Source: Octopus bimaculoides (taxonomy: Eukaryota). Taken from it: a stretch of DNA of 59,024 nucleotides. The position numbers and the translations under genes are program-made. Numbering within the stretch: the stretch's first letter is position 1; each line of letters opens with the position of its first letter. The notes beneath the pieces are model-generated. The model made no database searches, was not told the DNA's origin, and saw nothing but the letters and a program-made list of their open reading frames with translations. Below, piece after piece: positions 1 through 12,540 of this stretch. The stretch lies in the NCBI RefSeq assembly GCF_001194135.2, contig NC_069008.1, forward strand, positions 15,561,817 through 15,620,840. The letters are read 5' to 3'.

Positions 1-194
1 GTTATGAGGGGGAAAAAACGGCTTATAAGTGTTTCTGTAAAATTTCATTGAAAGATATCCATTTTTTCTGAAAGATATGAAGAAAAAAGGACCAGGTGAA
101 CTTTCCGAAAGTCCTCTCCCCATTCATTCGCGCAAATCTTGTTTTCAGAGTCGTTTTCTACACGGTGACCGGGTGTTTAATTCATAGAATCTGT

Positions 195-600
195 TCCATC
201 ACTAGAAATAGCAACCCAGCTCTGAGTAAATGACGGACATCACTCATCCAGAACCAGAAATAGCAGCCAAATCTCGCACAAATCAAGGACATCCATCATT
301 CATAAAACATAGAAGAGACACAAAGAATCGACGCGCCAAAAACCGAACGTCTACAGAATTAAAAACATTGAATACCTTCATTGTTTGATACTTACGGAAA
401 TGTTTCATAAGAGATAGAGTTGTTATATATATATGTGTATCTGGTAGTTGAGAAATTACATTATAACAATTATTAGTGTATTATCAACTGATTCAGAGAA
501 ATTCATGGTCAGGACATTTAACAGGTTAACAACATAAAGTAGGAAGATCGATCACTGCGCATGCGTAGCTTCTCTCCTGAAATGTTTTAGTCTAATTAAC
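195..600 (-). promoter_or_regulatory. ZNF promoter/non-coding exon-1 cassette P1 (serves a gene left of the window)
   Basis: One of nine copies of a ~350-400 bp block. TGCGCATGCG at 556-565; minus-strand donor GTAAGTA (tacttac) at 389-395. Confidence 0.6.
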
Positions 601-628
601 TCCCTTTATTTATGTGTGTATATTATAT

Positions 629-666
<38 letters not shown>

Positions 667-799
667 TTATATTACTTATTGTATATTCCATATTCTATAT
701 CCCACATTAATTTTACAAGAATATAGTTGGAACTCTTTTAAACAAAATAATATATTCCTCTACACACAAAACTCCTTTTTTTTTGTATTTACTTTTAGT

Positions 800-1024
800 C
801 ACATATATGCATATATATACATGTTTGTGTGTCTGTTTGTCCCCCCCCAACATCACTTGAAAACCGATGGCGGTGTTTGCGTCCCCGTTATATAGAGGTT
901 CGGCAAACGACATCGATTGAATAAGTACTAGGCTTACAAAGAATAAGTCCTGGGGTCGATTTGCTTGACTAAAGGTGGTGCTCCAGCATGGCCGCAGTGA
1001 AATGACTGAAACAAGTAAAAGAGA
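800..1024 (+). mobile_element. SINE family A, 3' half
   Basis: Matches the tail (…aataagtactaggcttacaaagaataagtcctggggtcgatttg…gactgaaacaagtaaaagag) of the full copies at 15694, 20551, 28294 and 29025. Confidence 0.85.
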
Positions 1025-1489
1025 GTTATTGTTGGGCCCCTCGATTATTAATAATATCTGGCACAAGTTACCACCCTTTGTATCGTCCGACATCTTTGCT
1101 TATATTCTCAAGTGCCCGTTTTCCGTATTTTATTTTTAGTATAAAATATTTAAAAATAGATGGATCTTGTTAAATTTTTGCATACTTCATTTATTTTGGA
1201 TATATTTCCCATTTTTGGAACTTTTTTGACAAGTAAGCGTCATTTTCTTGAAGAGGTGCGCTTGTAAAGAAGTCCCTTTCAACATACGGAAGTTTAAAAG
1301 GGCAAAAATTTGTTTAAATACTTCAAAACTTCTAGTTTCTACATCTACACTACCTTCACTTCAAAACTTCCCCCAGAATTCTCATGGGGTGACACAGAAA
1401 TTTCCTATTTTATGATAGACGAAATGATAGATAGATAGAGGATACCTGCTTGTGGCACGTAGTCTGTGTATAGCCTTGTTGGTCCTCCT

Positions 1490-2090
1490 TGAGTTAAGTG
1501 TATCTTGATATATGTGAGCGCTTTCGGACCTATAATCCTTCATTAGATGTTCCATGGTGATTATTGTAGGCGTTGATCAAAGGCTCCCAACGCAGTAAAT
1601 GAATTTCTAGCCCTCAAGTTCATTCCGGTGGTCGAGGCTGGCTGCCCTCCTTCTGATGAGATGGACCTCTGCACATCTCCCCCTTGCCATTATAAGGTTG
1701 GGGAAATCCCAATCAGTGTTGGATTATGACCTTGTGAAAAGTCTTCTTTCACTCTGATATGAAGCTATCGTTTAGTCAGTTCTACACAGGTTTCCCCACA
1801 AGTACAGGTTGTCTTGCATAACACCTGACTTTGAGAAAATAGCCAGACAATGTCCATTGGCTCGTTTGGCTTTGATGGCAAAGTGGATCGTTATACATCC
1901 ACTCCGTATCACAGTATAATTACTACATCAGCACAGACACGGCTATCAACTCATTCTACACATTCTCTCTCAATACTGGCCGACATCACCTTATTCATAA
2001 TGACTTATGAATACTTATGCCTAAGTTCTTCCTTTGGGGTCTCTTCTGTTTTGTACTTGGGGGTCATTGTTTATGAACACATTTGAGAAC
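1490..2090 (-). mobile_element. Degenerate Penelope-like element fragment (GIY-YIG endonuclease region)
   Basis: Minus strand around 1720-1830 gives SGV…TCTCGETCVELTKR*LHIRVKE, resembling the SGVVYxIxCxCGxxYVGxTxRxLxxRxxE motif. Stops and frameshifts present. Confidence 0.55.
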
Positions 2091-2474
2091 TTTACAATAT
2101 TCCTGTGCATGAAAAAGTCATAACAAACGTTATCGTGTGAAAAATTGAATGAGTGAAGCATTTAAAAGATAATAAACAATAAATATACTGTAATTAGGGG
2201 ATGCAATGTTCAAGAAAGAATAATGTGTAGGGTTGTCAGGAGGAGGAAAAGTTTTGGGCTAGGGGTCCTTACATCACTGAAGGGAAGGTGAAAATTACAG
2301 ACAAAACCAAAAACAATCTAAAAGATTTGGAAATAATTTAATTTCCATTGCATAAAACAGAGGAATATTAAAAATATACAGCAAACACAAAACTATAGGA
2401 ACTACCCTTTTCCTTTCTTCCCTGTATGAATACATTTGTGTCTTGTTAAGTCAAAAGTTTGAGAGAATGATTTA

Positions 2475-3260
2475 TCAGATATCACAAACATATGGTTTCT
2501 CTGCTGTACGAATACGTTTGTGTTCAGCTAAGTTACTACTGTTAGAGAATGATATACCACAGATATCACAATGATATCGTTTTTCTCTTGTATGAATATA
2601 TTTGTGTGTAGTTAAATTACCACTTACAGAGAATGATTTTCCACAAATATCACAGTTATGTGGTTTTTCTCCTGTATGAATATATTTGTGTTTCTTTAAC
2701 GAATTACTTTGAGAGAATGTTTGACCACAGATATCACATCGATATGGTTTTTCTCCTGTATGAATATATTTGTGCTTCTTTAAGTTACCATTTTGAGAGA
2801 ATGATCTACCACAGATATCACAGCGATAGGGTTTCTCTCCTGTATGAATACATTTGTGTTTCTTTAAGGCACCATTTTGAGAGAATGCTTTACCACAGAT
2901 ATCACAGCGATATGGTTTTTCTACTGTATGAATATATTTGTGTGTAGTTAAATTACCACTTCTAGAGAATGATTTTCCACAAATATCACACTTATGTGGT
3001 TTCTCTCCTGTATGAATACGTTTGTGTTTCTTTAACGAACCATTTTGAGAGAATACTTTACCACAGATATCACAGTGACACATCTCTCCAGTTCGAATAG
3101 ATTTGTGCCTAGTGAAAGTACCACTTTCAGAGAATGATTTGCCATAAATATCACAAGGATATGACTTCTCTCCTATAAAGACATCACAGTCAGATGATGT
3201 TGTCTCTTTTATCATGTGTTCAGAAGAAATTATTTCTACAATTTTCTCACTATCTTCCAT
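2475..3260 (-). CDS. C2H2 zinc-finger protein ZNF-1 (6 intact fingers, 2 degenerate, last finger truncated)
   Basis: 261-aa ORF with CxxC-x12-HxxxH repeats and TGEKPY-type linkers. A 2-nt deletion (TGTGGTAAA to TGATAAA) stops the ORF; the ancestral end HTGKKGKG* is still readable to 2402. Confidence 0.85.
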   Translation of the reverse strand: MEDSEKIVEIISSEHMIKETTSSDCDVFIGEKSYPCDIYGKSFSESGTFTRHKSIRTGEMCHCDICGKVFSQNGSLKKHKRIHTGEKPHKCDICGKSFSRSGNLTTHKYIHTVEKPYRCDICGKAFSQNGALKKHKCIHTGEKPYRCDICGRSFSQNGNLKKHKYIHTGEKPYRCDICGQTFSQSNSLKKHKYIHTGEKPHNCDICGKSFSVSGNLTTHKYIHTREKRYHCDICGISFSNSSNLAEHKRIRTAEKPYVCDI

Positions 3261-3721
3261 TATTTTTCCCTCTTATATATTTTTCTTGCTTTTCTTCTTA
3301 TATTTTATTCTTTACAAATACCTCTACTGCTGTATTTCTGTCAAGTGTTATACATTTGTTTAGCAACACTTCCATAAACTTATTCAACTTCAATGAGCAC
3401 ACACTCTGGGATGTTCACAAATTTGGCTAATAATATTATTTCAGAGCAAATGTTTCACAGGAATTCTTCCACAGATTCGTAGTCACAATCTAATACATAT
3501 GTATCATATAATATCTTTCTTTAGTCTTTAAAACATGGTAGATATTGAGGATGTTTCATCTGTTAAGTCAATGTCATCTGATGTTCTGAAATTAGAGAGA
3601 AACAACAGTGTAAGACGTAGAAGCTACTTAAAATATAAAAATTTATTTCTATTGAAATAAACGTTCAACTTAAGAATTGAGCTGGATGCCAACAGGTCCA
3701 TAAAGAAGTGTCAATCTCTAA

Positions 3722-3945
3722 GCAGGTGAGCTGGCAGAAACGGTAGCATGCCCGGCGAAATGCTTTGCAGTATTTCGTCTGTCTTTGCGTTCTGAGTTCA
3801 AATTCCGCCAAGGTCAACCTTGCCTTTCATCCTTTCAGGATCAATACATTAAGTACCAGTTGCATACAGGGGTTGATCTAATCGACTAGACCCCCACCCC
3901 AAAATTTCAGGCCTTATGCCTAGAGCAGAAAAAAAAAAAAAAAAA
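3722..3945 (+). mobile_element. SINE family C (tRNA head, CORE-like centre, A-tail)
   Basis: A box tggcagaaacgg, B box gagttcaaattcc, CORE-like ttgcctttcatcctttc…taagtaccagt, poly-A tail. Second copy at 52552-52792. Confidence 0.8.
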
Positions 3946-4250
3946 TNNNNNNNNNNNNNNNNNNNNNNNNNNNNNNNNNNNNNNNNNNNNNNNNNNNNNN
4001 NNNNNNNNNNNNNNNNNNNNNNNNNNNNNNNNNNNNNNNNNNNNNNNNNNNNNNNNNNNNNNNNNNNNNNNNNNNNNNNNNNNNNNNNNNNNNNNNNNNN
4101 NNNNNNNNNNNNNAAAAAAAAAAAAAAAAAAAAACTTCATTTCCATCCGTGTGATATCATGTTCAATACCAGAGCAGCACCTTGAGCAAGTATCTTCTTT
4201 AATAGCACCAATGCATCTGTAGGGTCCCACCCAAGTACTTAAGACAGACA

Positions 4251-4640
4251 AACTATAGACAGGATTTTCGCTGTGGGAAAATCACCTCAAAGACAAATGA
4301 CAAAGATTTTGTTATTATGGCTGTAGACTTCAATGGACATGTTGGACAGCACCTCCGTGGATTCCAGAGAGTGCATAGGGGCTTTGACTTTGGACCTAGA
4401 AACGAGGAGGGAACAAGACTGCTGGAATTCTGAGATGCAAATGATTTCATGATCTGCAAAACTAAATTCAGAAAACCAGCCAACCACCTAATTCCTGATC
4501 AATCTGAAGAGCACATAAGCCAGATTGAGTACCTCCTCACCAGGCAACGAGATAGATGGATGCTTAAAAATGCAAAGTCTTTCCCAGGTGAAGAGTGTAC
4601 AACCCGACATAGGTTAATAGTTAATGACTTCAGAATCATA
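4251..4640 (+). mobile_element. RTE-clade LINE, AP-endonuclease fragment
   Basis: Translates to …VDFNGHVG…RNEEGTRLLEF*DANDFMICKTKFRKPANHL…SQIEYLL…EECTTRHRLIV, typical of the RTE endonuclease C-terminal half. Confidence 0.8.
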
Positions 4641-5844
4641 ATCTCCGTATTTTTCTACATATTTCACACCCACAAAAATCTTTAGAAAAGTGAAAATTCA
4701 AGAAATTCATGCGGCGGGGGAGATTTAAATTTCGAATTGCAGATTCAGAATCTCCGCCCTCGATATNNNNNNNNNNNNNNNNNNNNNNNNNNNNNNNNNN
4801 NNNNNNNNNNNNNNNNNNNNNNNNNNNNNNNNNNNNNNNNNNNNNNNNNNNNNNNNNNNNNNNNNNNNNNNNNNNNNNNNNNNNNNNNNNNNNNNNNNNN
4901 NNNNNNNNNNNNNNNNNNNNNNNNNNNNNNNNNNNNNNNNNNNNNNNNNNNNNNNNNNNNNNNNNNNNNNNNNNNNNNNNNNNNNNNNNNNNNNNNNNNN
5001 NNNNNNNNNNNNNNNNNNNNNNNNNNNNNNNNNNNNNNNNNNNNNNNNNNNNNNNNNNNNNNNNNNNNNNNNNNNNNNNNNNNNNNNNNNNNNNNNNNNN
5101 NNNNNNNNNNNNNNNNNNNNNNNNNNNNNNNNNNNNNNNNNNNNNNNNNNNNNNNNNNNNNNNNNNNNNNNNNNNNNNNNNNNNNNNNNNNNNNNNNNNN
5201 NNNNNNNNNNNNNNNNNNNNNNNNNNNNNNNNNNNNNNNNNNNNNNNNNNNNNNNNNNNNNNNNNNNNNNNNNNNNNNNNNNNNNNNNNNNNNNNNNNNN
5301 NNNNNNNNNNNNNNNNNNNNNNNNNNNNNNNNNNNNNNNNNNNNNNNNNNNNNNNNNNNNNNNNNNNNNNNNNNNNNNNNNNNNNNNNNNNNNNNNNNNN
5401 NNNNNNNNNNNNNNNNNNNNNNNNNNNNNNNNNNNNNNNNNNNNNNNNNNNNNNNNNNNNNNNNNNNNNNNNNNNNNNNNNNNNNNNNNNNNNNNNNNNN
5501 NNNNNNNNNNNNNNNNNNNNNNNNNNNNNNNNNNNNNNNNNNNNNNNNNNNNNNNNNNNNNNNNNNNNNNNNNNNNNNNNNNNNNNNNNNNNNNNNNNNN
5601 NNNNNNNNNNNNNGGGTAAAAACGGATCATTGTGTGAACTTTTCGACAGTCCTCTCGCTGCCCCTTCAGAAAACATTTTCCCCATAAATTCCTTTATAAT
5701 CGCAATCGATGCTTTTTGAAAGGTGTTTCTCTCAAATTTCATTGAAAGATAGTCATTTACCGAAAGTCCTCACCCGTTCGTTTGCAAATTCGTTTTCGTG
5801 ACAGGGCGTTAAACTATATATTAACCAAATCTCGTACAACTCAT

Positions 5845-6205
5845 AGAAATAGCAACCCAGTCCTGATCAAAGTGATGGACATCTTTCATCCAGAGCTAAA
5901 AACAGCAACCAAATCCGCGCGCCAAAAAACCGAACGTCTACAAAATTAAAAAAACATGGAATATTTCCATTGTCTAATACTTACAGAGATGTTTCATAAA
6001 GGATAGTGTTGTTATATATGTGTGTGTGTGTGTGTGTCTGGTAGTTGAGAAATACTTTATCACAATTATAAATGTATAACCAACTAATTAAAACTCACGA
6101 ACAGTATGCTTAACAGGTTATCAAGTGGGAAGTTCGTTCAATGCATGTGCATGGCTTCTCTCTTGAAATGTTTGCGGTAGCTAAGTGTAATTATCTCCCT
6201 TTATG
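5845..6205 (-). promoter_or_regulatory. Cassette P2 (exon 1 of ZNF-1), palindrome decayed
   Basis: Donor tacttac at 5978-5984. Motif position reads tgcatgtgcat (6142-6152) instead of tgcgcatgcgt. Confidence 0.55.
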
Positions 6206-6351
6206 TTGATATCCTGTGAGTTTGGCTTTGGTGGGACATGTCCTGTATGTTGTTATTGTGGGAGAGGTAGTGTTTGAGAGTGTAGCCTAACCATGTCATT
6301 CTGACAGAGAGGCCAGACTTTTTGATGTCGTTCCCAAAATTTTCCCCATAG

Positions 6352-7404
6352 TATTAGGTTGCCTGGAAAGTGACAAGCGCTTTAAACACAAATTTTTTAT
6401 TACTTCCTTGAACACAGCTGAAACGTAACGCAGTTAAAACTTTGGCATTACTTAAATCGGTAGAGCATCTCTTCTTTGTTCCCGACTAAAAATAGATTTA
6501 TCTTTCATTCCGGTTAATCTTTGACATCTGAAATGGATAACCAAAAATACTTTTCTGTTTTAAAAATGTCGAAAAACTTGCAAAAACATTGGTGAAGTTT
6601 ACGTTGGTGATGCTGTAGGTGAATCAACTATTCAAAGGTGGTTTGCAAAATTTCAAGCTGAAGAGTTTAGCTTGGAAAATGATAGTCACAGTAGAAGAGG
6701 TTCAACATTTGATGAAGATGTTTTGAAAGCAAAAACTGGAGAAAACTTACATCTCATGACTAGAGCGTTTCCAGAGTAGTGGGAAGCTACTAAAAGTACT
6801 GCTCATGAGCACCTAGCGAAGCTAGGATACATTTATCATTATAATTTATGGGTCCCTCACAAACTCTCAGAAAAGAATTGGATGGACTGGTGTTCCATTT
6901 GTGATATACTTTTGAAATGGAATGAAAGCATGCCTTTTTGGAAACTTGTGACTAGAGATGAGAAATGAATTGTGTACAAACGTAGTGTGAAAAGAATGCT
7001 GGAATTTGCATTAGAATTCCCAAAAGCAACAAAAAACGTATATCCTTGGCAAAGAGGCCATGCTTTGTTTGGTGGAATCATAAAAGCATTATTTATCATA
7101 AGCTTCTCCCACAAAAGCAAACCATTAATTCTGATGGCTACTGTCGTCTGCTGTCTAATATGAACGAAAGAAGCAAAGAATTCAGGATGGAGATTGCCAA
7201 CAGGAAAGGGTGTAGAATTCCAACAAGACAATGCCTGACTATATGTCTTTGGCTATCTAAACAAAACTACATGAACTTGGCGGGGATCTCTCACACCATC
7301 CCCCATATTCTCCTGATATTGTGCCATCCAACTACCACTTGTTTTTCTCTCTACAAAACTCATTGCAAGGAAAAACATTTAACAATTGAGATGGAGTCAA
7401 AATG
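6352..7404 (+). mobile_element. Mariner (Tc1/mariner) transposon, defective, 3'-truncated
   Basis: TA plus TIR ttaggttgcctggaaagt at 6352. Transposase from ATG 6533 with fragments WVPHKLSEKN, LVTRDEK, FQQDNA, HYLF and GKTF; many stops; no right TIR. Confidence 0.9.
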
Positions 7405-7685
7405 AAAAAGTCATAACTTATGTTATTGTATAAGAGTAAAGCGTTTAAAAGAAAATGAACAAAAAACATCCAGGAATTAAAGGATGTGGTATTCAAGAAA
7501 GAATACGGTTATTAGGAGGAGGAAGAGTTTTGGTATAGAAATCCTTACCTCACGGAAAGAAAGGAGGTGAAAATTACAAAAAAGCAAAACCAAAAAGAAA
7601 TGTAAAAGATTTGGGAATACTTTAATTTCCATTGCATAAAACACAGGAATATCAAAAATAAACAGCAAACACAAAACTATAGGAA

Positions 7686-8816
<1,131 letters not shown>

Positions 8817-9196
8817 TTATACTTTATTCCTTACATGCACTTCTACTGTTGTATTTCTGTCCAGTGTTATCTTTGTTTAGCAAACTTAATCAACACAGAA
8901 GCTACTCTTCTTGACACTCCAGTCAGTAATGTTCAGAAATTTGGTTGATAATATTATTTCAGAGCAAATGATTCACAAGAATTCTATCACAGACCAGTAG
9001 AAGCAATCTGATACATCTGCTTTGTATATTTTCCTGTTGTCTTTCAAACATGGTAGACATTGAGGTTGCTTCTTCTGTTACGTCAATGTTGTCTGATGTT
9101 CTGAAATTATAGAGAAACAACAGTGTAAGATGTAGAGGCTACTTAAAGGATACACATTCATTTCTGTTGAGATGAACCGGAGAAACAAAAGTTTAC

Positions 9197-9430
9197 CCCA
9201 ACAACTCAGCTGGATTCTGACAGCTCCAGAAGGAAGAGCCGATCTAACATGAAAGTGGGACACCCAGAAAGACATGGGATGAAGAGTGAAGTAAGAATGC
9301 TGCTCCACTCACGTGATATGACAAAGAACCAAGATACACCGGCAGTGCTGTACTCATGAAGACCTGCATTCCACAGCGGAAAGTATTCAGACTTTTCCTT
9401 CTGATGGCGAAAAGCATTTGTGGATGTTCC
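9197..9430. mobile_element. Cassette-borne RTE 3'-end fragment with putative mini-exon 2 of ZNF-2 (9197-9243, minus)
   Basis: Plus strand reads …GTPRKTW…EE…KNQD (RTE C-terminus). Minus-strand AG at 9244-45, GT at 9195-96, and 96-nt intron to AG 9101-02. Confidence 0.55.
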
Positions 9431-9987
9431 ACATGGTGGAGAGAATTTGCAAAAGGACCCCTCAAAACGGAAATATCCAACTTATGTGGATGATGTATTC
9501 CAAAAATCCACCTTACTTTTTTGCCATAATTTTAAATCTACAACTCGAATGTATAAACTATCCAATAATCCCCATTCAATTGTACTTTTCTTGTCACAAA
9601 AAATTCCAACATAATCCCTATCTACATCATCTGAAACGTACTGAAATTTTTATTCAATATTATTCATTTTATAGAAAATTATGAGGAAAGAAAATGCGGA
9701 TCTTTTTTAAAACGGGGGCCACATTTTTCATTAATGTTTTACGTAGTGTTTTTGGTACCGAAAGACTTTCAAACTTGGTATACTTATCTATTTTGTGTTA
9801 TAGAACAGAAAAATATTTTTGTATTCGAATTTATTTCATGTAAAAAATTGTCTTATTTCGATAATTTCAACCAATCACTGACAAGTATTCAGTTGTTTAT
9901 ATTTACTCCTTTGGCTGATTAAGCGATGTAAAGCATATTTAATCTCCATACCTTCGTTTTATTTGCTTTTTTCATTTTAAATTTGCT

Positions 9988-10021
9988 TTAACCCTAACCC
10001 TAACCCTAGGGTTAGGGTTAA
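9988..10021. repeat. Head-to-head telomere-type palindrome (TAACCC)3/(GGGTTA)2
   Basis: ttaaccctaaccctaaccctagggttagggttaa. Confidence 0.85.
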
Positions 10022-10069
10022 TTGTTTCAGAATCGTTTGTTTATGTAGTCAGCACTTAANNNNNNNNNN

Positions 10070-10170
10070 TGAGTGGTCGATCCTAACCCTAAACACGTAT
10101 TCATTTGCACACGCGGGTTAGGGATAGGGTTAGGGACAGGGACAGGGTTAGGGTTAGGATCGACCACTCA
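10070..10170. mobile_element. 101-bp MITE-like element with 23-bp perfect TIRs and internal TTAGGG-like repeats
   Basis: tgagtggtcgatcctaaccctaa (10070-10092) is the exact reverse complement of 10148-10170. The left flank is an N-gap, so no TSD is visible. Confidence 0.75.
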
Positions 10171-10319
10171 AGGCTAGCTAGCGCAGACGCGCGACTGCGC
10201 GTTCGGGTCCGCGCTGCTTTAGTAGCACCTTCAGTGTCTGCAGTGTATTTTAAAATATTTCTTAACCGAAAGAAAAAAAAAAAAAAGATAACGGTGGGGA
10301 GTGTAGAAAGGAGCTTCCA

Positions 10320-10655
10320 TAGCTAGAAATAGCAGCCAAATCCCGCACAAATCACAGACATCTCTCATTCACAGATTCGACGTGCCAAAAACGAAACGTC
10401 TGCAGAATTAAAAACATTGAATATTTTCAATGTTTAATACTTACGGAAATGTTTCATAAAGGATAGAGTTGTTACATGTGTGTGTATCTGGTAGTTGAGA
10501 GATAAATTGTAAGTATTACAAATGAATTATTAGCTGCGGAAGAGAAATTAATGAAAGGGACATTAACCAGATATGAACACGAAGTAGGAAGTATGACCAA
10601 TGCGCATGCGTATTTCCTCGCTTCAAATACATTACAGCAAAGTCTAATTCTCTTC
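10320..10655 (-). promoter_or_regulatory. Cassette P3 (exon 1 of ZNF-2), palindrome intact
   Basis: Donor tacttac at 10438-10444; tgcgcatgcg at 10601-10610, preceded by gtaggaagta. Confidence 0.65.
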
Positions 10656-10660
10656 CATCG

Positions 10661-11224
10661 TTGTTTGTTGGCACTCGGTCGCTTACGACGTCGAGGGTTC
10701 CAGTTGATCCGATCAACGGAACAGCCTGCTCGTGAAATTAACGTGCAAGTGGCTGAGCACTCCACAGACACGTGTACCCTTAACGTAGTTCTCGGGGAGA
10801 TTCAGTGTGACAAGGCTGACCCTTTGAATTGCAGGCACAACAAGAGTGAGAGAAAGTTGTGGTGGAAGAGTACAGCAGGGTTCGGCACCATCCCCTGCCG
10901 GNNNNNNNNNNTGATCCGATCAACGGAACAGCCTGCTCGTGAAATTAACGTGCAAGTGGCTGAGCACTCCACAGACACGTGTACCCTTAACGTAGTTCTC
11001 GGGGAGATTCAGTGTGACAAGGCTGACCCTTTGAATTGCAGGCACAACAGAAACAGGAAGAAAGAGTGAGAGAAAGTTGTGGTGGAAGAGTACAGCAGGG
11101 TTCGGCACCATCCCCTGCCGGAGCCTCGTGGGGCTTTAAGTGTTTTCACTCAATAAACACTCACAACGCCCGGTCTGGGAATCGAAACCGCGATCCTATG
11201 ACCGCTGCCCCATTGCGCCTCCAC
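10661..11224 (-). mobile_element. SINE family B (tRNA head gtggaggcgcaatgg…)
   Basis: Reverse complement of the copies at 21827 and 50185. The centre is duplicated around a 10-N gap, probably an assembly artefact. Confidence 0.85.
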
Positions 11225-11289
11225 TCGTATCAACAAAAATACTAAGAAATAAAGGGAGATAATTAGACTCAGCTGCCTTAAACATTTAG

Positions 11290-11547
11290 AGGAGACACGC
11301 ATGCGCATTGAAAGTAGTTCCTGCTGCATTTTGATAATCGAATAAGTTTCTTTTGCAAGAATTTCTCTTAATCAGCTGACAATACATTTATAATACTTAT
11401 AATTTATTTCTCAACAACCAGATACACATATATCTAACAATTCTATCCTTTATGAACCATTTACGTAAGTATTAAACAATGAAAATATTCAATGTTTTTA
11501 ATTCTGTAGACGTTCAGTTCTTGGTTTTATAACTGTGGGATGTCCAT
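11290..11547 (+). promoter_or_regulatory. Cassette P4 (exon 1 of ZNF-3), palindrome intact
   Basis: Inverted copy of the block. cgcatgcgca at 11298-11307; GTAAGT donor at 11465-11470. Confidence 0.65.
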
Positions 11548-11785
11548 GATTTGTGCGGGATTTAGCTGCTATTTTTAGCTATCGATGAGAGATGTTTTTA
11601 ATTTGCGCGTCATTGGGCTGCTATTTCTAGCTATCGATGAAAGATGTCTATAATTTGCGCAAGATTTAGCTGCTATTTCCCGCTATCGATGAGAGATGTC
11701 TGATTTGTGTGAGATTTAGCTGCTCTTTCTAGCTATGGATGAGAGTTGTCTATGATTTTTGCGAGATTTGGCTGCTATTTCTACC
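11548..11785 (+). repeat. About five tandem copies of a ~48-bp unit (gagatttagctgctatttctagctatcgatgagagatgt…)
   Basis: Unit repeats visible at 11548-11785; the other cassettes carry only 1-2 copies. Confidence 0.8.
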
Positions 11786-12540
11786 TGTGGAAGGAAGGTC
11801 GCCATTATTTTTTTTCATATTCGTTTTCTACATATTTGTTAACACCCACCAGGCTGGTTTATTTATTTATTTTTTTGTTCCCGGGGGAAGATCTTTATAT
11901 TGACCCCCACCTCCTACATTGTCCATCGTTGCTGCTTTGAAAATTGAAAAATGTCTTCACCTTCAGGGATGCAATAATGCATTACCAGCACAGGTTATGT
12001 TTAGGCGGGACCGCACCTGAAAGGACAATGTGTAGATGATGGTGATTTTACTTAGTTTGATGTCTTATCAAGTATAGTGAATCACCACATCTCCCATTCC
12101 CTTCTCAACAAATCATTATGTCTCTTGAATTATTAAGTTGCTAAGGTAAATGTTTATTTCTACAGATTATCTCAATAGAAACTAATCTGTATATTTTAGA
12201 TAGTCTCTGTATCTTACACTGTTGTTTCTCTATAATTTCAGAACGTCAGATGACATTGATGTAAAGGAAGAAACTAAAGGATAACACAACATAAAACAAG
12301 TCGGATTGTTTTTACAAATCTGTGGTAGAATTCCTGTGAAACATTTGCTCTGAAAAAATATTATTAGCCAAATTTCTGAACATCACCAAGAAGAGAAGCT
12401 TGTGTGCTGATTGAAGTTGGATAAATTTATGTAAATGTTGCTAAATGGACAGAAATACCACAGTAGAAGTGTTTGTAAGAAATAAAGAATAAGAACAAAA
12501 AGAAGAAAAATATATAAACTGGGATTTGAGAGGAAAAGTA

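Noticed and set aside
3907-5742. Long ORFs containing X runs (also at 33723-34301, 43384-43664 and 58107-58434)
   Set aside because: They stay open only because N-gaps contain no stop codons.
9988-10021. Ancient chromosome end-to-end fusion site
   Set aside because: Only five repeat units are present, and similar TTAGGG tracts occur inside TIR-bounded elements at 10070 and 49131, so a mobile-element origin is simpler.
10551-11111. 172-aa ORF with an internal duplication, and related ORFs at 21960, 33390 and 50305
   Set aside because: These are translations of SINE family B. The duplication flanks a 10-N gap and is most likely an assembly overlap.
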